The position numbers and the translations under genes are program-made. A stretch of DNA of 63,947 bases, filler included, from Reticulomyxa filosa (lineage: Eukaryota > Protista > Foraminifera): the NCBI GenBank assembly GCA_000512085.1. It is 19 parts of 19 records of this genome, joined end to end, with 100 filler letters (N's around TTAATTAATTAA, not from the genome) between each part and the next. Parts side by side here need not be neighbours in the genome. Positions count along the whole stretch, not along the records: positions 36,008 to 38,054 come from ASPP01005351.1; positions 38,155 to 40,091 come from ASPP01011131.1; positions 40,192 to 45,363 come from ASPP01024061.1; positions 45,464 to 47,700 come from ASPP01010788.1; positions 47,801 to 49,207 come from ASPP01038185.1; positions 49,308 to 50,651 come from ASPP01003080.1; 13 more parts are not named here. One strand, written 5' to 3'. This document shows, piece by piece, positions 37,030-50,650 of the stretch. The notes beneath the pieces are model-generated. The model searched no databases and was not told the DNA's origin. It was given only the letters and a program-made list of their open reading frames with translations. The first letter of the stretch is position 1. The number at the start of each line of letters is the position of its first letter.

Positions 37030-38054
37030 CGGGTTTACTTGCAACAATGACAACACGCGTTGAGGCTTATTCATTCGAATTGCCATTTCCAATGGTGTTT
37101 CCGACAGCTATTGGTAACAGTGCAAATGATTAATAGACACAGTACATATAATACACAAGAGTTACCTGTAAGCTATTCTTTTGTTTTGCCAAACTATCCC
37201 ACGCATGAGACGGAATAAAACGTTTCAATCCTTTCAGAGCAGTAAATGTGTTGTCGAATTGGTTCAGTACACTCAAATGCAGCACGTTACAGCCGTAATT
37301 TATGCTTTTTTTCTGTCACAACAAAAGGGCGTGTCAGCTCAAGTTCCAAAAAAAAAACTTGAAATGGATCAAAAATAAACGTCAAAAAACATACATACAT
37401 TAGCAGTAATTAGCCAAAAGTTAGTATTTTCACTGTTTTTGCAGAGATCTGGGATTAACAAAGACATGACGTCTTCATCAATGTCAGAACCAAAGTAAAG
37501 TGACAGCATCAGCGGAGTGTATCCATTCTGTCCGTATGTTATTTCCAAGGCTGAAGCAAATGGTGAAAAGACAAAAGAAAAGAAGAGGCAAACTGCATGA
37601 ACAACGTAAAGCAGCTTTTGCCAAGACGCATAAGGCATAAATCGGTGGATAGCCCGCAAACGTGCCAATAAATTGGGTCTCGATTTTTCGCACAATAGAT
37701 GAATAATTGTGTCTTGATCCTTTGTTTATTTGTTTGTTAGTTAGTGTTAGTTGATCAGTTCTCTGAATCGGAGTTATTTTCATATCTCCTTTCTCTCTTC
37801 CTTTTTTTTTTTTTAAAAAAGAAAAACTCTTCAAAGTCGTAACTTCTTGAATGTAAATAAAGTGGTGTAAAAAAGGATATACTTGTATAAATATATAAAA
37901 ATGTATGAATTGGAAGGGTTGTGTTGTGTAACGGTTCTCCAATTTGTTTGAAATTCCCAAAACCTCGTGTTGTATTTGTAGTCGTCAGGGAGCAACGCAA
38001 GGACCATTTCTTCTGTCAATTTCCGTTGATTGAATGCGGCGGTCATCAACGGCG
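37030..38054 (-). CDS. Ankyrin-like repeat protein fragment, multi-exon, 3' end approximate
   Basis: A repeated unit PLMxxxx..L(T/D)E(E/D)xxxxLxPD...NTxFW, including GYTPLML. Confidence 0.5.
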
Positions 38055-38475
38055 NNNNNNNNNNNNNNNNNNNNNNNNNNNNNNNNNNNNNNNNNNNNTT
38101 AATTAATTAANNNNNNNNNNNNNNNNNNNNNNNNNNNNNNNNNNNNNNNNNNNNTTTTTTTTTTTTTTGACTCTCAAAAGTTTTCATTTTACATTTGTGA
38201 ACTAGACAAACAAGAATATAATAATCACTACTAAAGCTTTTGTTAGTAAAATGACTTTGCAGTGCATTGATTTTGTGCATGAAAGAGTATGGTACACGGA
38301 ACATCTCTTTTTTTTTCCTGATCTTTCATGTAAATGCACCATTATATGGTTTTCTTTTTATGAAACAACTCTTTTAAAAAAATATTGAAACCAAGAAGGA
38401 TTACAAAACTGGAAAAAACTTTCCCAAAATAATCGAATCATAAAAACTGCAACTTAACAAAATATTGTATCCGTG

Positions 38476-39541
38476 ATGACATCCTCAAATTCTGGATTTA
38501 TAGCCAATTATATATGCTGTTGTCTTTTGAAGAAATCAAAATCCCTTCCATTGCTTGAAGGAAACACAGGTAGAAGAAAACGTATATGAAGAGAAAAAGT
38601 GTCTTTTCGAACAAAGAAGAACAAAAGCAACATATATCAATAACACTTCAATACCTAAGAAAAGCGTTCATTAACAGTGACATTTGGTCCTAACCCCAAA
38701 GGATTAGGGATTAAGGTTAAGGAAACACTAGAGGGGCCAAAAATAATCAAAGTGTCAAGTGAAAAGTGGAACCGATTGCAAACAGTTATGTTCCGTTATT
38801 TTATTTTATTTTAATTTTTTTGGAGGGGGGGGAAAGATGGAGGGAGAACAAGAAAAAGAGAAAAAAAACAGGGCGATAAGTTGGTAGAAATAAATGGAGA
38901 GAACATAGTGGATCGAAAAGCAGAAGATGTTCAATTGGAACTGATGTGCATTGATACCTTTGAAGCTATCCTCACTGTTGAAAGGGGAGGTAAATTGCTC
39001 ACTAAATTCAAAATTTTTTCTCCTCTTTTGATTTTTTCTGTACGTGTTTCTTCTCATTGTCATTCTCCAAAGAATAAACAAACAATAAAAATATAAAAAA
39101 CAAGCTTCGTTTTTGTATGCAAAAAAAAAAAAAAAAAAAAATTTGGAGTCATCAAGGAGCTCTCAATGCAGAGTCTTTTTTTTTTTAGAGTCACTAGTTT
39201 TTGGTATGAGGAGCAAGCAAAATAAGGGGAAAAAAAAAAAGAGATGATGTCAATTGTATGATGTGATTGTGATGAGAATAGTGGAGTCAATAAAGATAGG
39301 CGTGCAAAAGACAGTCCGAAATGACTATGGATTTGACTTCAAATTTAGTAGTGAGGATATGGCATTTGTGGTAGACAAAATACACGTAAATCATTCGAAT
39401 GATATACAAGTTGGGGACAAGTTGTTGTATATTAATGAAATTGATGCATCCATGATGAAGATTGATGATTTGCAATCCATGCTGGACGTGCCAGGAAAAT
39501 CGGTCACTTTAGTAATTGAACGAAGCGTTCAAGTTTCATGA
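38476..39541 (+). CDS. Small tandem-PDZ protein, 4 exons, N-terminal CCC motif
   Basis: MTSSNSGFIANYICCCLL../..PNPKGLGIKVKE..RLQT/GDKLVEING..LTVERG/..DYGFDF..IQVGDKLLYINE..VTLVIER. Confidence 0.8.
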
Positions 39542-40191
39542 CAATACATAATTTTGCATCTCATTTTTTTTACTTCTCTCACTTTGGGCTTGCACAACAC
39601 ACTTTTTTTTTTTTTTTTTTTTTTGAGATAATATAATGTGTACTTTTTTACAAGAGTCATTCATTTGCTGACCACTTTTAATTTTTCGAAAATACTAGAT
39701 ATTTATATAATACAATCTTTCTTTAAAAAAAACTTGCTTCATTGCATCTCTGTGTCGAGATTTTTAGCCAAGAATATATATATCTAATTATCTTAATAAA
39801 TCAGGGATGTATTATGCATCCCAAGAAACAATATGAAATGAATTGGATTATCAATTTATAGAGCCTGAGGATCTTTGTCGTCAAGAAAAAAAGTAAAAAT
39901 CATAGTATTGACAAGACCATTTGAAAAATAATATAAGACCCACGCACAGACTAAATATTTTTTCTTTTTTCCTTCTTTTCCAAAAAAAAGCAGATAATCG
40001 AACCGAAAAAAAATGAATGACAGAACGGGGATAGTGAAGAGGCTCTTTTTTTTTTTTTTTTTTTGCCAACGCAAACAAAAAAAAAAAAACGNNNNNNNNN
40101 NNNNNNNNNNNNNNNNNNNNNNNNNNNNNNNNNNNTTAATTAATTAANNNNNNNNNNNNNNNNNNNNNNNNNNNNNNNNNNNNNNNNNNNN

Positions 40192-43100
40192 GGAATTGGA
40201 ATTGGAATTGGAATTGATATTGGAAGAGGAGGAGGAGGAGGAGGAGGAGGAGGAGTTGGAATGAGAATACAGAAAAAGCGAGGAAGACAAAGACAAGACG
40301 ACGAACGCAGCAGTAGTAGTGCAGGCACATATGACAGCAGCAGTAGTAGCAGCAGCACGAGCAGTGACGAAGGCAGTGAAGACGAAGAAGAAGAGGTGGT
40401 GATAGGCAGAGGAGTGAATGCAGATGACAACAATGGGCCCAGTGGCAATGGTATGCCCATGGGAGACCCATCCATGTCCGTGACCATGTCGATGGCGAGT
40501 GAAAAGAGTACGGGCAATGGCAACACGTTCATGATCACCCATAGCGACAGTGGAATCACCAATGCGAGTGCGCTCAACACACCCACTGGGATGAACACAA
40601 ACACTTCAGGAGGAGCAGGAGTAGGTGTTGCTACTATCATCTTTGGCAATAAATATGGGCAGGATACGACCTTCAAAAAGGGCAAAGGCAAAAAACACGT
40701 AGGCATGCAAGCGATGGCCAAAAGGAGAGCTCAAAAAGGGGCCAAAAAAAAAAAAAGTGCAAATAAGAAACAAAACAAAATGTATCGATTGTATAAAAAG
40801 CTCTGGCGAGAATGGCAAGCCAATGACGACGCATTGTTGGCACACACAACTATCGGGACCGGCTTTGAGATGGAAATGGATCACTTGTTGCAAGAGTTTA
40901 GTGACGAGAGTGAAAACGATGACGCCATTACCCCTGTCACGGCTGCTGGTGGTGGTAGTGGTAGTGGTGGTGGTGGTGGTGGTAGTGGTGCTTCTGACAA
41001 TCCGAAAATGCCCGAGGAAATGCGATGGCTGAAGGAAATGATGTCTTCACAAAACAAATGGACGCAAGAAGAAATCAACGAAAAGTTAGAGCGACTGCAA
41101 GACCAAAGGAAACTCAAAAAACTCTTGCAAAAAGACAAACTCAAAGATAATATGCAAAACTTGCGCGAACAACGGCAAAATGATCATCGTGCCGTTATCA
41201 TTCGAAGACAAAAACATGCGTTCAACTGCGAACTCGCCAAAATCAAAAGTTGCACACACTTTATGAAAGGCTATGTCAAAAATCGCCACGAACACAGTGG
41301 ACATGTCAACTCACTCAACGCACGCTCGCAGCAAAATGAAGATCTCAACAACGATACCGATGTCGAGGACGGCGGTGACAAAAAAAAGGATTTCGACTCT
41401 GGTGCTCAACTGTCTGCGTCTGCACCTGCATCCAATCGGGTTGGCGGAGGAGGAGGGGGCAACGAATTTGACATTCAAGAGTGGAACTTTGAAACCATGT
41501 TGCTCGAAATGTACGAATTGCAATTATTACGAAATAGACAACGCATCAAAGCCGAAAAGAACTTTCGCAACTATCGCAAAAAAACCAAATATCGCGATGA
41601 AAAGAGAACGCAACCCAGCTACTACGACTACATGATGAAGTCCTATGAATTGCAAACGTATACCATCGACAGCGAAGAAGATGAAATGATCGTTGGCAAT
41701 CGCAACATCAGTCAATCGTACAAACATATTTACCAAAAAAAATCCAATGTCGTGTTTTTGTGGGATTGGAATAACAGACATTGCGTCACGAGGTTCGAAC
41801 AAATCCGAAAGATGATTGTTTCCATGATGAGAGAATTGGGTGTCATTCGAATTGACGTTGCGTTATATACATATACATATAGAAATATAAATATATTTAT
41901 ATATTTATATTTATATATTTATATTTATATATATATTTATATATTTATATTTATATATTTATATTTATATATTTATATTTATATATTTATATTTATATAT
42001 GACTTATATTTCTATTTCTATTCAATTTATCACGACTAATATCATTTCTGAAATCTGAGCTGTGTTTTGTTTTGCTTTGTTGCTTGTTGTTTGTTGTTTG
42101 TTGTTGTTGCAGCTGACCGAACATTGGAAACACAGAAATAAGTCGACGCATGATATAATCAATAAGGCAATGAAAGGCCAAATAGAAAAGAAAGACGACC
42201 CAACCAATGCCCTGCCTGGTGGGAAAAGTGACCCGACGACAAAACGGTTATTGACACCTGTGATAACCAGCAGGGATGGACCGCCGTCGCTGACCGCTTC
42301 TCCTCACGTTGAACGAGTAAGTAGCATAGCCCCATTGGGAGATTCGAGATATCGCGACCCTCCTTCGACCGGAAAGAGTTTATCCACGCGTGCATCCTTG
42401 CCTCCATTAGCAGCTTCCGGCAGCAATATGAATCTAATGTCGTTTGGCGCGCCTGGCTTGGGAAGGCAATTCACACTCGATCGTAGTCGCGGTGTGGAGA
42501 AGGAAAGAGAGGCTCGTGCCGGAGTCGGGCAAATGCGTTTGTTTGGGGCCAGTGCTGCCATCACCCTCCCCACACAGGCTCGATCTTATGAGCCCGAAGA
42601 AGTGCAAGCGCAAACCCAACTCGAGCAAGCGGAAAAGGCATTTGTGGACGAAATGCAATGCGACGTGTACATGTCATTGAATCCCGATGTGCGAGGATTG
42701 GTTGTCATTGTGCCGCAGCATAAACATCACATTCGTCATGGAATATGGAGTCGATCGTTGGCCATGGAAGATCCTATGAGCGGGAGTATGCTACCACTTA
42801 TTCAAAGATGTGCCGCTTTAAATATTGGCGTGGTCATTTTGGACCCCAATTCTTGCTTTGGAATTCATCGGGGAACAATTGGAAATTCCAACCGCGGAAC
42901 AGTTCCGGGAACATAGTTCGGAGGAATATCTAAACTCAAGCCGATTCCCAGATTGCAATTCGTGGACCGGAGAGGTGACCATTCCTTATATTAACAAGGA
43001 AAATGTGTTCACGGAGGAACATATTCGATTTGTGTGGAACCATTATTTGCCGGAAAAAACTGACTTTTTCAGAGAGCTGGTCAAAGTCGCAAGTGACAAG

Positions 43101-44450
43101 CCCAACACTCCTGCGTCGAACAGTGAGCGTGGGACTCCTTCCCGAGAAGATGCCAATGGCGATGATAACGATGACTATGGTAGAAAAGACGCAAATGATT
43201 CGGGCGAAAATGGAAACGATCCAAATGCCAATGCCAGCAATGAAATGATGGCCAGGAAACGGCAACTTCCTGTCGTGTTTGTCGGACATTTGGGAGGGTG
43301 TAAAGACATTCTATCCTTGTTCCGCGATCGTTGGAACGATAACGAGTTTTGGGAGGACTTGGCCGGTGTTGTGTTGATGGACTACTTGCCTGTGGACAAA
43401 GACAAAGAACTGATGCCTCGAGTTGCCAACATGAATGAAATGTTATTGCCAGGATTCAGCCGTCCTGCATTGGAAAACTATTTGCTAAATGCGACCATGG
43501 ACAAGTGGTTCATTGAAACCAATTATGAAAACGAGGAAGTCAACGCAATGATACGCGTGCAAAACAGCACTAACAACAATGCATTGAATGGAGACAAAAA
43601 TTCGAAAAGCAAAGGAGGCAAACAACAACAACAACAACAACAATTGCCGCCTGCAGGCAGCGCGAACGGCAAAAGTGGAAGCAGCGGCGCTACGGAAGAG
43701 GTAAAGCGAAGCAAAGACAAGTGTCTTGTCTATTGCGTTTTAAATGACGCATGCGAACAACGGAAAACGCCTTATCAGTACCAGTCCGAAATTGTCGAAT
43801 ATATCAATCGAAGAATTGAAACGTGGCGCCAAAAGAGAGGCGCGGAGGACATTGCCAGTAAAAAACTTGACATTGACAAATACATTGGCATTGACATTGC
43901 CAATATTGGCTTTGTCAGCAAAAGCAGACAGTGGACCACACTGCCAACCGAAGAGGAAATGCAATCCATTGATCCAGAAAGATCACAAGAGTATAAGAAT
44001 GAGACCAAAGTCGAAAAACCACAACGACCTAAACCTGAACATGGATTCAGAAAGAAAAAGAAAAAGAAAGCTGCAAAAAAAAAAGCCGCAAGCTTATTCG
44101 ATGCGGCCATGGGAAAAGATAAAGATATCGGAGGAATCACTTTACCACCTTCGCCAAACCAACCGCCTCCACTAGATAGCTTGCTACACAAACGCATGAG
44201 TTTGAGAGGTACTACCCCTGGAATGCTTCCTCCTGGATTTCGAACTTCTCCTCGTCAGAGCCGCATCACTGGAGCACCGGGAGTCATGAGCACAAGACAA
44301 AGCCGTTTGCCTCCACCATCTGTACGACCTTCTCGCCCATTAGGACCTGCCTTGATTGCCAGTCCCGCTTTGTCTCCTAGACTCTTGCCATTCTCTTCAC
44401 AAAACAAACACACGCCCAATTCTTCTAAAGCTTTTTCACCAAGAACGTAA
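40192..44450 (+). CDS. Large low-complexity protein with Arb2/FAM172A-like alpha/beta-hydrolase domain, 5'-truncated, one frameshift
   Basis: VYMS..LVVIVP..RHGIWSRSL..SGSMLPLIQRCAALNIGVVILDPN..EEHIRFVWNHYL..VVFVGHLGG parallels FAM172A motifs. Intron ~41863-42112. Extra T at 42857-42859. Confidence 0.7.
41880..42020. repeat. (TATATT)n microsatellite in intron
   Basis: Direct reading. Confidence 0.9.
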
Positions 44451-46468
44451 AGATTTTTCGCAAAATATTACCAATGTCACAAAAAATTAATTCATAAATA
44501 AAAACTTGTTTGGCAATTGTCTCTGCCTATCGCTTGTTGTGTATACAGTGTTTTTTTGACTTTGTTTTGTTGATAATAAACTTTTGTTCTCCCAGTTATA
44601 GGTTTACAATCAAATTTGTGTTGTTTTGCTATGGAACAATTTTTATTGGAAAACGAGTTAGTGTTTGCGATTTTTCAAAACGAAAACTGTATTTTTGAAT
44701 ATGTTATGTTTGCTTGGAGGCATTGTTTTGCTGATAGAGTACACGTTATCTTCAAAGACGTTTTTGCAAATGTTTTAAAATTTTGCATTTGGATCTTTAA
44801 ATCTAGACTTATCATCACTTCTGCGCAGTAAAAAATTACAAATCTTGAAATATTTTTTGGCCTTTGATTTAAAGTATTACTTTTATATCTGGAAACAGAT
44901 GTACGTTTCATGCTTTCGCTGAAAAACCAAATCAGAACAGTATATACTATCGTTGTTGGAAATATCATAAAAACCATTGCTATTATACATAGTGTTGACT
45001 TCTTTTTTTTGCTTTTTTAGGGCAAATGTTGCCACTAGAAACATCAAGAAAAAATATTTTGTGGTATTCTGCCTCAATCAAAGTGATGTTGATCCGTTTC
45101 AAATATCTGTGTCCAATCGATGTAAACGGCCGTAGGAATCTTTTTTTTTCATCTTCGAATTAATGTGTAGTTTCATTTTTGTTTTTTTGACTAACACTTT
45201 CAAAATAATATATATGTTCTTGAATAAAACTAATTTTTTGGTTGTTTCAATATTCTATATTCTAATGATTTTATCACTTGACATAGTAAATTGTACAGTA
45301 GGTTGCAAAGAAAACTGATCGCCTAAGACATATCTTATGATGATAATCGATTTTATCAATGAANNNNNNNNNNNNNNNNNNNNNNNNNNNNNNNNNNNNN
45401 NNNNNNNTTAATTAATTAANNNNNNNNNNNNNNNNNNNNNNNNNNNNNNNNNNNNNNNNNNNNAAAAAAAAAAAAAAAAATGTCCCAACTGTAGACCATA
45501 ACCGCACCATTGCTTCCTTTTCAAAACCGGCTCTCACTTTCAGGCTTTCGAAAAATATTCTCCATTTCTGGCAGTGTTTGTGTACGGTTTTATTGTTGTG
45601 TATCTTATGCTCGGCCCTGTGAGTCAGTTCTTTCTTCTCACATAAATAGACCACATTAAACAGCTATTCCTAAAGTCTAAAACTTACATCCACAGCTTCT
45701 TTACTGCTCATGATAAACAAATATATCTGATTTGAATACTATTTTGGAGTCTTATTTACTGTTGTATTTTTTTTTTTGAATGAACCCACTTCCCCGATCC
45801 CCCTCCTCCCCCGAATGAGCCACGTGTTTAGTTGAACTTGTAGATTCGCACAACTACTTTAAAAAGTTAAGTGTGTTACCGCCAGTAGAAGCAAATAAAA
45901 ACGTGGGATGAAATACACTACAGTGTAAGAAACAAAATCCGTATCCGAAGTGGGTGTTTGTTTTGTTAAAAGAAAAAATTGTAAGTCATCGAAGGTGATG
46001 ATTTCTAACTCCAAAACGGTTCAACAAAAATAGGCCAAATCAAAAAAGTTATTAAGTATCTCAGCAAAAGCAACATCTCCTCCAAGGGGAGGGGGTGATG
46101 GAGAAAAAAAGTAAAGAAAGACAAAAAAAAACATTTGCAAAAAGGGGGAAGGAAAAAAAAATCATTGTTCACACACTTACAAAAATAACAAAAACAGATT
46201 GAGGTAAAAAGGAGAGAGGAAGAGTAAGGAGAAAAAAAAAAGAAAATTGTTCTCAAAGCGTAAACAACAATGAAAAAGATAATCAAATTTGAAAATGGAT
46301 ACAAAAAAAAAAATTAGATGGATTAGAAAGACAAAACAATGACCACTCTTCTCCGGTGCCAAAGAGGTCAAAGTTTGATACGAGGAAGCCACAGTAAATG
46401 ATAAGATCTGTCAATAATTGTGAAAATGATAATGTGTAATGGTAATTTGTAATGAAAATAAATTGGGT

Positions 46469-46582
46469 GAATCAATCAACCAACCAACCAACCAATCAAT
46501 CAATTAATCAATCAATCAATCAACCAATCAACCAATCAATCAATCGATCGATCAATCAATCAATCAATCAACCAGTCGATCA
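46469..46582. repeat. (AATC/AACC)n tetranucleotide repeat
   Basis: Direct reading. Confidence 0.9.
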
Positions 46583-46775
46583 ATTATTTGGATCGAAATC
46601 CAGTCCGAACAGCTTGGGACCCAAGAGAATTGTTATTCATTTCTAATTCGTGTTGTGGTAAGTCTTCTTCGTAGCCGTCTTCGTAATCGTCATCTTCTGA
46701 AAATATGTCAAAGCCAAAGCAATTGTTGAAACAAATGGACGAACAAAACAAATGAACAAATAAACAAATGAATTA

Positions 46776-47700
46776 CTAACCATCCAATCCTTTGACAGAC
46801 TCATGGTCGACTTCGTCTTCATTGTCGTTGGCACGACCATCTCCCAGTCGAAATCCGCAATCCATGGACTCGTATCCACTGTGCATTTCCGTTTCAGCAT
46901 CGTCGGCGAGAATGGAGGACGAGTTTGGGAAAGCTTTGAAATCGCCATGGGTGAGATGGTAGTGTGTATCTCCGACGGAATCGTCGGCCATTTTCAGATC
47001 TGTTTCTCTGTCTCGCTGCTCCCTGTCCCAGTCTGTCTTGTTGTCGCCTACTTTCAGATCGTCTTCGACCTCGGCAATGGCCGATCGTTTCTCACTGTCT
47101 TTGTGTTTGTCTTTGTCTTTGTCCTTGTTTTTCGACGGGTTCGTCAATCCATCGTTGTTCGCACAAAGCCACGGGTGTTGCAACACATCGCTAATGCTCG
47201 GCTTTTTCGAAACGACAGTGTCAGCATCCAATCGATTAAGTCGATCAACGTATTCGTCCCACGTCGAATAACTTGTAGTCGTGGTCCCTCCACTTGCAGT
47301 TGCGACCACAGAAGAAGAAGAAGAAGAAGAAGATGATGATGATGATGATGATGATGATGATAAGGACGAACGTTCGGTCAACAGCGCTCGAACACTAATG
47401 TGCCCATATTTTCTGTCGACTTCTTTGTTTGTGTCCACAGACATAACGTGAGAAGGAGTTGGTCTCGACTTGGACACCACTTGCAGCTGACTCATCGACA
47501 TCGACATCGACATGACATGACATTGACATTTGCGGCGTGGCCGAGTTTATCGGCGCGATTGGGTTCTGCGTTGGAGCAATCCCATTGCCATAAATCTTTA
47601 CAAAGTTTTTATCTTTCGCCTCTGGGAGATACCATGGGGGACGTCCGGCCAACACTGTTGAGTATTCACAATCCACACACGTATACACAGCATGTGCGCA
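46776..47700 (-). CDS. Protein kinase C-lobe fragment with Ser-rich insertion
   Basis: VLAGRPPWYLPEAKDKNFVKIY and KPSISDVLQHPWL lie in different frames joined near the (GAT-GTC)n repeat at ~47500. Further 3' exons are possible. Confidence 0.6.
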
Positions 47701-47800
47701 NNNNNNNNNNNNNNNNNNNNNNNNNNNNNNNNNNNNNNNNNNNNTTAATTAATTAANNNNNNNNNNNNNNNNNNNNNNNNNNNNNNNNNNNNNNNNNNNN

Positions 47801-49207
47801 GGTGGCTCTATATCAATGTTACGGGATTGAGTATTCGTCGACGAATGACGATAAAGTTGCGACAGTATTTTATTTGAAAGACTTTGAGATGCTATATTTG
47901 GAAATGGAACACAGAATGGCTCCAAAAGCTTGCACAAATCGTTATTAGCTTCTCTGGATATGACTACAAATAGATAAAAGCAATGCTTTAGTTTTTCCAA
48001 TTGAACGTCATTCAATAAAAGATCATGTACAGCTTGACAGACTTGATCCAATATTGACAATGTCAAATTTTCTGGATATGCCAAGCAATACAACGGTTTC
48101 ACAGAGTCACGATGCATATCTGTTTGCATTTGTTTGCTATTGGCGATGGCTCGAAAGATCAAACAAGTGACATCCTCTTCCGTTGTGTTTTCATTACAAA
48201 TCAAAATGTGTTCCGCTCGTGGAATACACTGCTGCGATTCAAATAAACCAAGCACGTTAAATAACAGTGAATTATTCGGATGAAGAATTAAACTCGGTTT
48301 GCCGGCATTTAATCCAGTTGGATATGTTTTGGTAATACGATTGTGTAAAGAGCAAGTCCATAGTGAATGAAGAGCCAGTCCAAATTTTGCAATAGCGTCT
48401 CCAGACTTTTTGAAACCCTCATCATTGTCAGTGTCATAGGTATGATCTGTCAACACGACCATATCAAGACCTCCCCAGTCTTGCAATATCTTATCGACAT
48501 CTTGATCAGTGATTTGACAATTGACTTTTTGAAGAAATGGTTTAATAGATTTCCGTGCTTGGACGGAACGATCAAGACAACTAGGTAAGAGCAAAGTTTC
48601 GATTTGCTGAATTAAAGAGTGGATTTCATTGAAACAAAAAAAATTGAGTGCCGGGAACATTTCTCTTAATCGAAGAGAGTATTGTTTCCATTTCATTAAG
48701 CGTTGGTTCCAAAGTTCTTTGCATTTTGTAAAGTCACTCGTCTGTGAATCTACAGATATCTCATTTTTATCATTGCTGTCATTGCTACGCCCTCCTTGTT
48801 TCCAAAACTCAACCCGAATTGTACTTATTTCTTTGCATTCTTCAAACTGCTTAATCACAAGTTCAATTTCTTTCAATTCTTTTTTGTCCACTCCAAGTAA
48901 TACACGACCAATATTTTCTCCAATTTCGTCATAATGCCAAATCGTATTAGCAATGATTTTTAAAGTCAACTCGTTATTTTTATCTCCTTGCAGAATATCT
49001 TCACACACTCCAAATTTCCATTGTCCATACACCATTGCCTCTTTCAATTGCTCCAAACTTTTTTCTGTTCGAACTTTGTCATCTTCATTGACCAATGAAG
49101 AGATTTGAACCAAGTTTACGTCACAACATTTTTTTAGCATATCCACAAATTCTTGGCTGTTGGAATATAATGATAATATAGCCCTGGACAAATTGGTCAT
49201 ATTTTCC
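47801..49207 (-). CDS. RNF213/mysterin-like giant ATPase, second paralog, internal fragment
   Basis: WKQYSLRLREMFPALNFF..GKPSL..PRAEHILICNENTTEEDVTCLIFRAI..LYCLAYPENL is colinear with 34813-35907. Confidence 0.65.
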
Positions 49208-49749
49208 NNNNNNNNNNNNNNNNNNNNNNNNNNNNNNNNNNNNNNNNNNNNTTAATTAATTAANNNNNNNNNNNNNNNNNNNNNNNNNNNNNNNNNNNNN
49301 NNNNNNNTTTAAGTGAATTTTGTGCAATCAAAGCGACAGTTTATAATTTTGTCATGTTGCAGCAAAGCTCGTTCATTTCATATCTTTTTAAATTTTCTCT
49401 TCGATCTCGTTAACATCTTGGACATATTCCATAAAGTTTGTGAGTCAATTGGACAAAAAAACATCTCGTCAAAAACGCTTAAAAAAAAGGAAACCAATAA
49501 AGGTACATCCAGCAAGATTATTTCAATGCCAAATACAAAGAAAGTGAAAATCATTTCAGATAAAAAATATTCGATTAAATAAATTAATAATGTAACAACT
49601 TGGTCATTATTTAATTTTAAAAAAAACTTTTTATTTTAAAAAACATGTTCAAAAAAATAAAAAATGACACAATTTATAAAAATAAACTGAAATTATAAAA
49701 ATTCATTGAATATACATTTTTCATTTTTTATTTAAAAAAAACTCAATTT

Positions 49750-50650
49750 AATATCATGACATTTTGGCTATGATTGGATTGCGAATCTAAAAAAACTCCA
49801 AGTGTACCGCCTGTGTGCCGGACTCCGCACTCTCACGAAGCTGCCTTGCATCGAGAATCACTACAATGTGATAATGTACAAATTTGATTTATTGGCAAGT
49901 GCGACGCACGTTCAAACTGTTTCATTTCTTTGCACTTACTGTCGCTTTCGTTATTGTCTTTGTCTTGTTCTTTGTTTGGATCTATGACTTTCTTCTCGAT
50001 GACAACTCCGTTAGAATATGCTTCTTTTGATATGCAATGCGTCGTCTTTGAAAGCATTTTGCTTAATGTATTTCGTGGCCACCATTAACATTTGCTCCTT
50101 TCTTTGACATCAAGTGTTTCTTTTGCGATTGAATAAGGCAGTGTGGATACAGTATGATAAGCATAGGACTGCAACTCTCCAGGAGCCAATGTGTCATGAT
50201 TCAACTTGACACGAAGATCTTCAATCACCCATTTTTTGTCGGACTTTCCATCTCTTCCTTTGTCATCATCGCCAACATCGGTATACGTTTGTGGTGCAAT
50301 CGAGTGATAATGTAGGTCTTTTTTTTGTTGGATGATTAAAATCTATTTTTTTTTTTTTCAGAGTACGTATTTGAGACAGGTGTGTTATCAGTTGGCCGAC
50401 AAATACTTATTAGAGGTCGGATTCAGCTTTTTCAAAAAGGCTTTCCGTGCGCATTGATTGATCGGAAATCATAGGGATCGCATTATCAACTTTGGTTATT
50501 TCATTGTTGTCTTTGTCTTTGTCACCTTTTGCCTCTTTCAATTGTCTTTTTGAATAAGATGCCGATATATTCATTTGCGCAAACAACTGCACTGTATACT
50601 TGCAGTAGACATTGTCGATGAGACCATCAAATTGAGCAATATCAAAAAAA
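49750..50650 (-). CDS. Hypothetical multi-exon protein, partial, boundaries approximate
   Basis: Coding-like blocks (FDGLIDNVYCKYTVQLFAQ.. and EDLRVKLNHDTLAPGELQSY..). Confidence 0.4.

Noticed and set aside
38689-38722. Telomere-like CCTAACCCC/TTAGGG/TTAAGG motifs
   Set aside because: They encode PNPKGLGIKVK, the carboxylate-binding loop of the PDZ domain.
6946-44450. PIWI and Arb2 as a physically clustered RNA-silencing system
   Set aside because: They lie on different contigs separated by many artificial spacers.
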